Assembly: GCF_030028105.1 (NCBI RefSeq)
Contig: NC_092379.1
Span: forward strand, 24,545,821 to 24,609,820
Reading direction: 5' to 3'
Length of the DNA: 64,000 nt
Source: Mobula birostris
Lineage: Eukaryota
In this document: piece by piece, positions 48,092 to 59,728 of the stretch
Position numbering within the stretch: the first letter of the stretch is position 1
Layout: each line of letters opens with the position of its first letter
Made by a program: the position numbers and the translations under genes
The notes under the pieces: model-generated
The model's input: the letters and a program-made list of their open reading frames with translations, nothing else
Told to the model about the DNA's origin: nothing
Database searches by the model: none

Positions 48092-51000
48092 TGTTATGTT
48101 AGAATTAATATGGCTGTTTTAGTAATAACTACGGCGATGTAAAGAGTTCTCCCTCTCTCTCACTCTGCTTGTTTGGGTTATATTATTGATAAGGGAGCTA
48201 ACGAACCAATGAGTGTCCTTGTTATTAATTTTGTGGGTGATATTCTGTCTCATACGGCTGGGAACCGTGTGGTTTTGGCGGGATTTCGGGGAGGAGACCA
48301 GAAGAGGAGCGACGTGCTGGAAGCGCTCTGGTCAACCACCGTGGTTGGTCTCGAGCGGCGTGTCGAGGGGGTCGGAGGGGTCACATGGTGGAAAGAGAAC
48401 CCCGTTAACTGAGCTCCAACTGTTGTGCACAAAGTGGTTGAACTCTGATAGTCTGGCGCCTTTTACTTTCCATTTTATATTGTACCTCTATTAATTACAT
48501 AGTTCCAATAAGATTTATAAAGTGCAATCTGTAAATCGTACATTGTGTGGTGTGCTGTCTGATATTTGATGTGTGAGTTTGTACCAGGTGGCATTACACA
48601 ACAACGATGCAACACTGGAATACTGTTTAGCGGGTGGACTGGGTTTCCCCAAGATAACGAATGAGCCGATAGATCTGTGCGTTACATTTATGGGGGTGCA
48701 TCCTAGATGACATTCTGTGTAAGCTGTATAAATCGCCACGTTAAGTAGTGCAAAGATGGATCGATGTAAGATTGTAAAGTGGTTTGAACTCGAGGATGTA
48801 CCGGTAAATGATGCGCTCGTGTTAAGTGGGGTGGATTTTCGTACTTAGGAAGAAGAGCTAGTGCGAGGGTTGAGTCTGAATAAAACTATCAGCAAGGTAG
48901 AACTCATAGCTAGAAGGTGCGTTAAAAAAGTGGAATCCAGCTGGGTGGTGATTTTACGAGTGCTGACGTCATGACCTTGGAACTGCCGGCCACGGTCAGC
49001 GTCCCGAGGGAGGCGGAGCAGTGGGGCTTCCACAGCCTTCCGGAGGACGAATGTGAGAAGACACTGGAGGAGGAGTTTGAGGAGTCACCAGGGGAGGTGC
49101 CAGTTGCCAGCGGTGGAGGGTTGAAGGAATATGTGAGGAAACAAGTTCTCGGGGTAATGAGGGAAGCGGGGCAAGAAGGGTCAGAGTAGGAAGGATTGGC
49201 CAGGCCTCGTCCCCAAGCTAGAGGTGACACCTCCGAGTTGGCAGCCGCCATTACCTCCCTGTTGAGAGGCGCAGACGAGCCCTGCCCGACTTAGAATTTT
49301 CTCAGGAGCCATGCCCACCCCGGAAAGGGAGGACGATTATTAGTCTTGGATCGAAATCACGTCCCAGTTGTTAGGGGAGTGGCCAGGCTCGGATGAGGAA
49401 AAACGACAGCGATTGGTGGAAAGTTTCCGCGGAGTGGTGGCTAATGTCGTCCATTGAGTTGAAAGTTGAACATCCCTCGGCTTCCATGACGGAGTATCGG
49501 GACTCGGAGAGAGGGCGCTGGCCACCGGGGATGATCCTCAGCGGTACATGAGGTAGTGGCAGGGTTGAGAACCGAGCGACCCAAGGGGTCGCAGGTGGTA
49601 GGGACCCCTCGCATGAGTATATTGACAGGGAGCGCACCCCCTTTAGGGAGCGGGCCACGCAGTGGGCTGGGAGTGGCCGGCGCCCCGGGAGGAGAGGGGC
49701 GCCGGGTAACTTGTGCTATAACTGCGGAAAAGAGGGGCCTTTCCTGCGGGAATGTGAGCGGAAGGAGGTGTGCTGCTGCTGTGGGAAAGAGGGTCACTTA
49801 GGGTGGGATTGTGAGAGACACGACGCCCCGCGGAGAGCAATGGCCCGGGTGACTAAGAAGGGAGGGATGCCGGGATAATTAGGGGACACTCAGTGAGTGA
49901 ACGGACTGGAGTCTCCGGAGGAATACGTTCACCGAAATCTGCCATGGGACCCCCGCAATCCCAAGACTTTATTCCGGACGGATTAGTGGGGCCCCGCTCC
50001 AGCGTGTCCATACGGATAGAAGGAATCTTTACAAGGGCGATCCTTGACAACGGGGCGCACTTAACCTTATTGTACCGGTCATTCTACAACAAATATCTAA
50101 AACATTTGCCAGTAACCCCGTTTAATGCCCTGGAGATTTGAGGTATAAGTGATGCTTATGACCTGTACGATGGGTACCTGTTAGTGAGATTGGAATTCGC
50201 GGAGGGCTATGTGGATGTGTCTGATGCGCTTGATTCGTTGGTATTGATTTGTCCGTATCCGGTGGAAGCAGGTGACACTGCGCTCCTAGTGGGGAATAAT
50301 TCCTCTCTTTTTCGACGGTTCATTGGATCCTGGATCCTCAGTTCAAATGAGGGAGGGTGTGGTGTACTCAGGGAAGGTCTAAAGTGATACGCCCAGGGGA
50401 AATGGCACTAGTGTTGGGGACCCCCAGGTTCACCGGAGAACCCTAATGTGAAGCCCTGTTAGGCGACGCCCCGGAAGACCTTGAAGTGGTGTCCCGGTTC
50501 CCAGCTGGGGTACTGGTGAGACCTGAATTGCAGAACCCCTCAGTCCTATAGGCATGGCGGATGGGGGTGATTGTATGGAACACAACGGAGAGGGAGATCA
50601 CCTTTAAGCTCGGGATGACCCTGGCGCACTTGTTCCCCGTGACTGTGACGTCTAGCGCCCCTGTTAGAGGAAAACTATTGGAGAAGAGGAGGCGGCTGAG
50701 CGAGGAGGCCTTTAATTTTGAGGACTCCCCTGTCCCGTCGGAGTATAAGAGAAGGCTGGTAGAGAAGATGTTGAAGTTAGGGGATGTCTTTTCTCAGCGT
50801 GAGTTTGATGTGGGTTGTTCCAAGAGCAATCGTCACACTATCTGGGTGATAAATGACATCCCGTTTAGAGAAAGGTCGTGGCGGTTGGCCTCAGCTGACG
50901 TGGAAGATGTCCGGCAGCACCTCCGCCAGTTGAAGGATGCGTGGATTATCGCGGAGTCCCGGAGTCCCTGTGCGTCCCGCATAATAAGGCAGGAAGGAAA

Positions 51001-51580
51001 GTTGGGAAAGTACGCATGTGCGAGGACCACAGGACCCTGAATCCGCGCACGGTGCCTGGCCACTATACGGTCCCGAGGGTTGAAAACGCGTTGGCCTGTT
51101 TGGGTGGTGCCCACTGGTTTAGTGTATTGGATTTGTGGAGTGGTTATTACCAGATTACGATGAGTGGGGCCGATAAAGAGAACACGCCTTATCTGTCCCC
51201 TGGGATCTTCCAGTTCGAATAGAATGCTCCAAGTATATCGGGGACCCACCACCTACTAGACGGTCATGGAGAATACAGTGGAGGATATGGACTTGCTGGA
51301 GGTGTGGGTGTTTCTGGATGACCTGATAGTGTTTGGATCCACTTTTGAAGAACATGAGGAACGGCTGCTGAAGGTGTTAAGCCGGCTGAAGGAGGAAGGG
51401 TTGAAACGTTTCCTGGATAAATGCCAGTTCAGCAAGAAGTCGGTCGGCTATGTCGGACACATAATCTCGCGAGATAGAGTGGTTATTGATCCGTCTAAGA
51501 TAGACGCAGTGACAACCTGGCCGAGACTCCAGACTGTGAGCGTCCTGCCCTCGTTCTTGGGCACAAGGACCGGTTTTACT
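48092..51580 (+). mobile_element. Ty3/Gypsy LTR retrotransposon with PNMA-like gag, 3'-truncated and mutated
   Basis: Probable LTR 48092-48598 (TG...CA); gag from ATG 48756 with LRIFSG...EDDY*SW motif and two zinc knuckles (49711-49800); protease AILDNGA (about 50040); RT VLDLWSGYYQ and FLDDLIVF; ends near SFLG with no RNase H, integrase or 3' LTR. Confidence 0.88.
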
Positions 51581-51929
51581 GGACCCGGATGAGTGGCTAC
51601 TGATCCAGCTAAGAGAGACGCAATGACCACCTGGTAGATCACAATGTTGTATATTCTATGATATAAAAACTGGTGGTGTTGCTGGTAGTGTAAATGATTG
51701 GCAAAGGATAAAACAGAATAGAGATGTGTGGCAGATATGAGCGGAATAACGGAGGATTGGTCTTAACCCTGCCAAATGTGACGCGCTGCAGCATGTTCGG
51801 TTAAATGTAAAGAGACAGTACACTCAAGGACAATTCAGGATGTTGAGGAGGAATGGCATCTTGGGACACGTTCATAACTCCCCGAATGATGCTACAGAAT
51901 TTCATTGGTTGGTTGCCAAGATATATGAG

Positions 51930-52550
51930 AGGTTACCTTCATTATTCGAGGCATAGTATTCAGACGTCGGTAATTTATGTTGCAGCTTTACACAATTCTA
52001 TTTAGGACGCATCTGGAGTACTCATGCTGTTCTGGTCACCTCGTACAAGAAAAAGCTCGCGGCTTTGGGGAGGGTGCAGAAAGTATTTTCAGGGATGCTG
52101 CCTCGATTAAAGGGCACTTGACATAACGAAAGGTTGGATAAACTTTAGTTGTTATCTCTGGATTGGCAGAGGCTGAGGCGAGATGAGAATTATAAGATTA
52201 TGACAGGCTTATATAAAGTAGACAGATTGCGTATTTCTCCCATGTTTCAATTGTCTAATACCCGAGGCCATACATTTAACGTTGTGCCTGGCAATTTTCA
52301 AAGAAGTGCGAGGTGCGAAGATTTTTTTTACACAGATATTGTTGATGGTTCGAATACGCTGACGAAAGTGGTGGAAGAGGCAAGTGCCACAGGCAGTTTT
52401 AAGAGACGTTTAGATAAGCACTTCACGTGAGGAATAGAAAAAGGATGTGGCCATTGTGCAGGAATAAGGGATTACTTTAGTAGGCCTATTTGCTTACTAA
52501 TTAATTGTTTGGATGCAGCATATTGCCTGGAAGGAGATGCGGTGTTCTAT
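51930..52550 (+). mobile_element. Old CR1 3' fragment
   Basis: Similar to the ...LGRVQ...GMLP...RLR...YKIM...SNTRGH C-terminus of CR1 ORF2. Confidence 0.65.
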
Positions 52551-54169
52551 GTTGAAGTTAAAATTATAGTTTAATTGTTATTCAACCGGACATTAATCCC
52601 CATGAAATAACTAAATGAAACAGCGTTATTCTGGGTCGAGAGGTGCAAAACACAGCACCGATATTCACACGAAAAAAAGACAGATAACGCAAGCACATGT
52701 TATACATCAGTGAAATGCAATCACACTAAGATAAATATAATCCAAGACAGTTTTGATCAATGTTGCAGAAATCAGCAGTCGACCAAAATATGTATTTTCT
52801 ACAGCTGAGAATACACTTCTGGGAGAGGTGGGGGTATTACACCGACTCCAACGTGTACGTTGTATCATACTGCCTCCAGAGGAGCGCATTGACTCCGAAG
52901 CCTTGCTCGTGGGCGGCCGTAAATAGTTGAAACCGTAGCGTGAGGCCGAGTCCTCGCTAACAACTATGCAACGCACGTCTCCCGCTGTCGACCTCTGCCG
53001 TGGAGCAATATGTCATTGAACCGAACTAACAGTATTCCTGATTACGAATGCTCAGCAAGGTCTTGCTACCACAAGGAAAGCCAGTAAAATGATCACTGAA
53101 CGTTAGACTGCACACCTCTTTCGCGCACTGTTCCTAATTCCCTCTCTGACGCAGGCAGCAGCACCATCGGCACCGTCAAGTCTTTTAGTTTCTCCGCCAA
53201 AGCGCAACTGGCTGACCGGGTAAATTTGTGGTACTTTAAAATTGTCATGTCCATCAGGGTCTGTCGGTCGTAAAAATACGTTTGGCACGAACAATTACAA
53301 CCCTGAAAGCCGCTTTTTGGTAGACGAAAAAGAGGGGAGATGAAGCCAGAGCAAGTGATCGACTATGCCCCTGGAATAGGTAGGTTCTGAATTTCTGCGA
53401 ATACTAGAAAAAAATACCACAAAATATCGTGGATAACATACCTATTTTAATAACCTCCAGGTGACACAAGGTTGTCTGAAATTTTCACATTTCTGCATTT
53501 CAATCTCCCTCTCTCTAAATCTGTTATCGGTTCATGGAGAGAATGTTGTTCTCTGTCAGCTGTGATCACTGCAGACAAAACCACATTACAACGTTGATTA
53601 TTAATTTCCCTCAACTGAGCACGGTGGTGATTAAATGCATAATACCAGCTCGTGCAATATGAGAACAGATTTCGAAGGCATTGACGGCAAACTTTAATTT
53701 GAGAGACCATTACAAGCGCCCATTTGCAACCAATTAGATCCCACAAAGTACTGTGCTGTCACTGCAGAAAATTCCAGAGTGGCGCTGTCTTGAGTCACTA
53801 TGCAGTGTTTGAAATTTGTTCGTAATCAAAAAGCAAACAAACGAATAATTAAATGAATACTTGGCGTATTTAGAGCAAAATATTTTAAAGTGAAGCACCT
53901 ACGTTTTTAACGATTGCAATTATCGTATATACATGATAGCTGTCAGGAAACAAATTACAAACAGTTGGAATGTCAAAATAACGATAAAGTAACACAATAT
54001 AAATAGTGGAACGGATAATCCAGGTTCTTATCTCAATCAAGTTTGTGTCCCGGTTTGACTTAAATTAGATCTGGCTTAACATGCTGCCATTGTATATGTT
54101 CGTATATTAGATAGTGCAACGCACTAAAACGTCAGCTCTAAGATAGGACCCCATTCTCGCTAAAACCTA

Positions 54170-54320
54170 TAATGACTGTACAAGTTCTCCCTGCCAACGC
54201 GTAGTTTTCCTGCGGGAACCTCAGTTTCCTTTCACATTCCAAAGAGCTGCCGGTTCGGATTGGTCAATTGCGGCCATGGTATGTTGGCGCTAAAAGCTTG
54301 GCGACCCTGAAGGCTGACCC
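54170..54320 (+). mobile_element. V-SINE (HE1-like) relic
   Basis: GTTCTCCC...GCGTAGTTTTCCT...GTTTCCTTTCACATTCCAAAGA resembles the conserved V-domain of vertebrate V-SINEs; recognised from memory. Confidence 0.55.
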
Positions 54321-54329
54321 AGCATATAC

Positions 54330-55960
54330 GAACATACGACTGTAATACATAGGAGTACAATTTGGCTCTGTTGCCCATCGATTCTGCTCCACCATTCCAT
54401 GATCGCTGATTTATTATCACTATCAAATCTACTTTCCTGTCTTCCCCCTGAAGACGTTGACGCCTTTAATTATCAAGTATATATGAACTTCTGCGTAAAT
54501 ATATCGAAGCACGACCTCAGTAGCCTTCTGTGACAATGATTCGTACAGATTCTTATCTCTTTCGATATTTTCTCTTATCTCTGTTCCATGCTGACATCTC
54601 CTCTATTCAGAGGCCCGTGCCCTCTTTTGTTAAGCGTTCACGTTATAGGAGATAGCTTCTACACATCCACTCTTAACGGCAATGTCAATATTCTCTACAT
54701 TTCAATGAGATATCTTTGATTATCCCAAAAATATAGCAGATGCAAGCCCAGACCTGTCAACCACACCACAGAATCTTTTATTTACGTTTCAGGACCATCT
54801 TCAAAGCCAATTCGTCTTTTCCGAGATTTGGGGACCCAAAACTATTCACAACATTCTAAATGCAACATTAAAATTTTTGTCTTTATATTGTAGTACTCTG
54901 GAAATTAATGCTAGCTTTCCATTTGCCTAAATTACAATCGAATCAACGTGACAGTAAGATACTGCACGAGAACTCTCGAGTTACTTTCCACCTCTCATTT
55001 CTTCAATTTCTTCCATAGTCATAGTCATAGTCATAGTCATAGTCATACTTTATTAATCCCGGGGGAAATTCCCTTTCAGAAAGTAAACCTTTATTCCTTC
55101 GACCAGTCAAAATTACCATTCACTCGCCTGTACAGTATACTATCTGCTAATTCTTTGCTCATTCTCTCAGACTGTATAGGAACTTTTACATAAGGCTGCA
55201 CGCTCTGCCTTACTTTTTACTCCATTTATCTTTGCTAAGTCAGCAAAAAAAAAAAACAATGTCATCCAATTTCACCAACCAAATAATTGTCATACATTTG
55301 AAAACAAGATTGCAGAAAAGGGACAGTTCCTTTTCCAAACTTTGTCTTCTGCTATGCAGCCAAGCGTATAGCCAACCAGAATCCTTCCTGAGATACCATA
55401 GACTCTTATATTGTTTAGCATCCTCATAGACGGCATCTTGACAAATCACTTCTGAAAAAACAAAGTGAACACCAAACACCGACTATCCCTTTGCCTATCC
55501 AGCCGGGTCTTGCCTTAAAGAATTGCAATAAATTGTCAATGAAGACTCACCCTACAAGAAATATGGCTAATTTATTATGCGGCTCTAGACAGTCCGAAAC
55601 CTCATCCTTAATAATGGGTACAACATCCTCCCTTCAACAGAAATCAGGCTCAATGGTCTACAATTTCCCCCACTTTTGCTTTCCCCACTCCTTAAAGAGT
55701 GAATAGACGTTTGTAGTTGTCTACTGCTCCAGAACCTTTCCAGAATCCAGTGATTCTTGAAGGTTCACAACTATGGGCTCCACAGTCTCGTTAGGTAACT
55801 CTCTCTGAACCCATGAGCGTCGTCTGTTTCGTCCAGGTGATTTATCTACCTAGAAGTCTTTAATCTTTCTAAGTACCTTCTCTTTAGAATTTGCAAACAC
55901 ACTTAATTAAGCCGCCAGATCGTCTCCAATTTCTGGAATTGTACTGGTGCTTTCCCCCGT
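54330..55960 (-). mobile_element. Old CR1 fragments with (CATAGT)n repeat at about 55015-55046
   Basis: Similarity to 3' UTR and RT pieces of other CR1 copies; very degraded. Confidence 0.55.
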
Positions 55961-56272
55961 CACTTCTGACAGCAAATATTGCGTTCTTCCGCCACTTACT
56001 TATCTCCATTAGGACTAATCCAACATATTTTCAAGCGGTGGGATAACCGCGCTCGCCTCCATTTTGTTTGATGTATCTGAACTTATATTAAATTAAAACT
56101 TCTGGAATCCTGCTTTCTGTTAATGGATAGTTTCCTTTCACATTTTTTTGGTTCGTTTTTGCTTTTTCGTTGCCTTACGTTGTATTCAGACAGCGTGAGT
56201 CCCCCAATTTCCTAAGTATTTGCTATATCTCATACACGCATTATATCTGTTATGCTGTCTTTCTTTCCATTA

Positions 56273-58174
56273 TACTGGACAAAGAAGATTGTCCTTCCTG
56301 AACATTTTTTTGTGTGCTTTATGTATTTCGGTCCGCTGAACACGAAAATCACGGGAAAAAAAATCCGTGTCATATACCGTTTTGACGATATAACCTATCT
56401 TTTTTTCTGATTTCCGTCATATTTTAAGCCTAGTAGCATATTGCCCACCAAGGTTGCTTTTTTGGTCAGTCCAAGCATGCTTGGGCAAGCACTCAGTTTA
56501 AGTGTTTTGCAAATGTTGTCTTAGACATGCCTGGACATGCTTAGTCAGGTTAGATGCCGGCAGGAAGGGTATAAAAAGCTTCTCACATTTACAGATGTTG
56601 TATAGACGCATGTTAATGCACATGTTTTTCATGCAATAACACAGTGAGTATACTTAACAATAGGGTTTATTGTCTTCAGGGAGATTCAATACAGCAGAAA
56701 TATCTCGCCAATGCCACAACAGCTGCGATACATTCTGTTACATGTGTGGCGAGTATACGCTTAAGGCTCAAAAAAGCACCATGAATGCACTTATCTAGAA
56801 AAGCCTATGTCCTCTAATTGGGATGTAAAATTGGTGACCGAGACAAACCCTGGGCTCCTCACATTTCTTGTGCAACATGCGTAGCCAACCTGAGAGGTCG
56901 GCTCAGAGGTATTCGGAAGGCAATGCAAATTGCAGTCCCAATGATATGGCGAGCACAGAAGGGCACGTGACTGACTGTTACTTCTGTCTGACCAATCTAT
57001 CTGGCTTCTCTAATAAAAATTAAGGAATCTATTGAAAACCCCAATCAGCTTTCAGCTATGAGACCAGTGTCACATGATGACGGTTTGCCAGTACCGATGC
57101 CGCCAGAGACATGGAGCCTAGGTGAGACAGATGGAGATGCCAGAACGCAAGAACCAGATGTGGAAAACGACACTGATCCAGATGTTGAACCCTTTATGCC
57201 TGATTATCCTCATTGGTAACACAGTCAGAATTAAATCACCTGGTCTGGCACTTAGATTTGCCGAAAGCTAAAGCTGAATTACTTGGCACAAAATTGCAAG
57301 GATGGGGTTTGCTGTCACCAGGTACAATAATGTCTGTTTTTCTAAACCGTCAAGAACATTGACAAACTTCTTTACACAAGCTGACAACCTCTGTTTGTGC
57401 ATTGACATTGATTACACTGACAAAGATATTTCTGCCTCCTCTTCATATAAAACACGGATTGATGAAACATTTTGTGAAAACAATGAACAACGACGGTGAT
57501 GAATCTCGCTATTTGAGACAGATGTTTAGAAGAATAATTCATGCCAAGATAAAGGAAGGCATTTTTGTTGGTCCACAAATCAGACAGGTCATCAATGACA
57601 GGGAGTTCGAAGATCTGCTAGTAGGGCCGGAGAAAGTATCATGGAACGCATTTAAGGATGTTGTTGAGAATTTTCTTGGCAACTAGAGAGCACCAACCTA
57701 GATTCCGATCCTAGACAACATGCTTAAAGCATACAGAACCATGAAGTGCAGCATGTTATTGGAAACTCATTTTCTGCATTCGCACTTGGACTTTTTCCGT
57801 GCTGATCGGGTGCAGTCAGTGACGAACATGGCGAAAAGTTTCACTAGGACTTTGCAACCATGGCAAAGCGGTATCAGGGCAACTGGAATCCATGAATTCT
57901 GGTGGACTATTGTTGGACACTGGCACGAGTGGCACCAGATACTGAGTACAAAATAATCTGCAAAACATTTTAAGCTCAGTTGAACTAACAAAATATGTCA
58001 GTATCATTATGCAATTAAACCTGTTAAATTTAATAAAAGATACTTTATTTTTTACCCAAATTCTTTTGTTTTATGAAAATCTGAAATTATTTTTGTGTTC
58101 AGGTTGACATTGTCTATCATAATTTCTTTTTTTTTTCAGGAAGCAAAACGATTGAAAAAAAATGTTGTCCAGTG
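56273..58174 (+). mobile_element. Chapaev3-like (CMC superfamily) DNA transposon, internally deleted, non-autonomous
   Basis: Imperfect TIRs (T/C)ACTGGACAA ... TTGTCCAGTG; TTA on the left flank. Transposase remnants FCYMCGEYT, KPWAPHISCATC, PMIWR...DCYFC, LPPLHIKHGLMK, GPQIR, HFLHSHLD, GERFHQD; the central catalytic region is missing. Family name from recalled motifs. Confidence 0.7.
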
Positions 58175-58489
58175 AGCTATTACCGGGATGTGTAAAAATG
58201 ATCTCCCCTGTCTCTCTGTGAATGAATGAGCCTCGAGTAATACCTTCCGGTCTGTTTTTGTGCTTGTTTCAATAAAACCATCATTTGAAATATATAAAAA
58301 AAAGACTCTTGTTGTCTGTTATCATTGGCCGCATACTCGCCACAATATATTTGTTGTGATGGCTGTTGATGGAATCCCTTCTGGAACTGACAGATATTCG
58401 AAGTGTCTTCATGTAATTATCAGTGAATTTCCTCTTTGTCTGATGGCGCGAGAATTATCAAATAGACTTCAGCTGAGTACAGAATGTTA

Positions 58490-58491
<2 letters not shown>

Positions 58492-58526
<35 letters not shown>
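58492..58526. repeat. (TA)n microsatellite
   Basis: Direct inspection; begins where homology to the cassette 3' flank stops. Confidence 0.95.
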
Positions 58527-58529
<3 letters not shown>

Positions 58530-58570
58530 ATCCTTGTAGGCACCTCAGTGGAACGGCTTTATAAATTTAA

Positions 58571-58745
58571 AAGTTGCTGGTGAACGCAGCAGGCCAGGCA
58601 GCATCTCTAGGCAGAGGTGCAGTCGACGTTTCAGGCCGAGACCGTTCGTCAGGTGAGTTAGTCCTGACGAAGGGTCTCGGCCTGAAACTTCGACTGCACC
58701 TTTTCCTAGAGATGTTGCCTGGCCTGCTGCGTTCACCAGCAACTT
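58571..58745. repeat. Near-perfect palindrome of two head-to-head Penelope hammerhead repeats
   Basis: Arms 58571-58653 and 58663-58745 (83 bp, about 5 mismatches by eye), 9-nt spacer TGAGTTAGT. Confidence 0.92.
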
Positions 58746-58829
58746 TTATGTGTGTTGCTTGAATTTCCAGCATCTGCAGAATTCCTGTTGTTGTTTGGCT
58801 TTATAAATTTCGCCAGTTCACATAGTTAC

Positions 58830-58923
58830 TGACTGTAACAGTGACCTTGATCCCGAATCCACCTCAATAGCCAGTGCTGTAACTCACCATGATCCGACAC
58901 TCAGTCTCGCTGGTACATAAATC
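58830..58923 (-). pseudogene. NAR-TCR J segment C (coding 58830-58884) with degenerate 23-RSS
   Basis: SYSTGY*GGFGIKVTVTV with in-frame TGA; phase-1 donor GTAACT; RSS CACCATG (58885-58891)-23-ACATAAATC (58915-58923); flanks homologous to J-A and J-B. Confidence 0.85.
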
Positions 58924-59228
58924 ATACTCAACTCAGTCTAATCAGCAGACAACATTGGACTGTGTACAACTATTGCAGACTTTTAAAACATCAGCAACAC
59001 CATGCAGTGTTCCAGAAACCCCTGTGAAGCTACCTGTGAAAAGGACAACTATAAGATGACAGTTTCAATCATTCCAAATGGCGCTTCCGTAAACTTCAGC
59101 AAATGTGAAAGAAAAAATCCTAAAAGGGGCAAAGTAGAATGGAATTCACCAGATCGCAGCGTGAAAGTAATCCCGCATGTGATTCTATTTTTGAATCCAG
59201 AATATATGCTTTATTTTACGGATCTGAA

Positions 59229-59271
59229 AGTTTTTGTTCGATTATCCTTCGTTGCATATATTCGGAAATCC
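59229..59271 (-). pseudogene. NAR-TCR D segment C with inactivated 3' heptamer
   Basis: Nonamer ACAAAAACT (59237-59229) and 12-nt spacer kept; heptamer TGCAACG has lost CAC; 14-nt D (59257-59270); the 5' RSS runs into the N gap. Confidence 0.75.
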
Positions 59272-59421
59272 NNNNNNNNNNNNNNNNNNNNNNNNNNNNN
59301 NNNNNNNNNNNNNNNNNNNNNNNNNNNNNNNNNNNNNNNNNNNNNNNNNNNNNNNNNNNNNNNNNNNNNNNNNNNNNNNNNNNNNNNNNNNNNNNNNNNN
59401 NNNNNNNNNNNNNNNNNNNNN
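59272..59421. other. Assembly gap (150 N)
   Basis: Run of N. Confidence 1.
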
Positions 59422-59433
59422 ATATTTAATTAA

Positions 59434-59680
59434 ATAAATGAAATGAAATGAAATGAAATAAGATAAAATCCCAGTATGTTAGCCCTTTCATTCCTGGAAT
59501 GACCCTTCTGAACCTACTGTGGACCATCTCCAATACCAGCACACATTTTCCAAAATGAACAACCCAGACCAGTTCACCATTTGAAAGATGAGACCTCACT
59601 GGTGCCTCATAAATTCTCAGCATCACAGTCCTGCAATTCCATTCTAGACCTCTGAAATGAATGCTCAGAAATGAGCACGG
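59434..59680 (-). mobile_element. Short CR1 RT fragment next to an (AAATG)n repeat
   Basis: YEAPVRSHL...LEMVHSRFRRVIPGMKGL in the 59426-59701 ORF. Confidence 0.7.
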
Positions 59681-59728
59681 GGAGAAATTTCTCAACCACA
59701 ACCTTAAATGCCTTCCATGCTACTTCCT

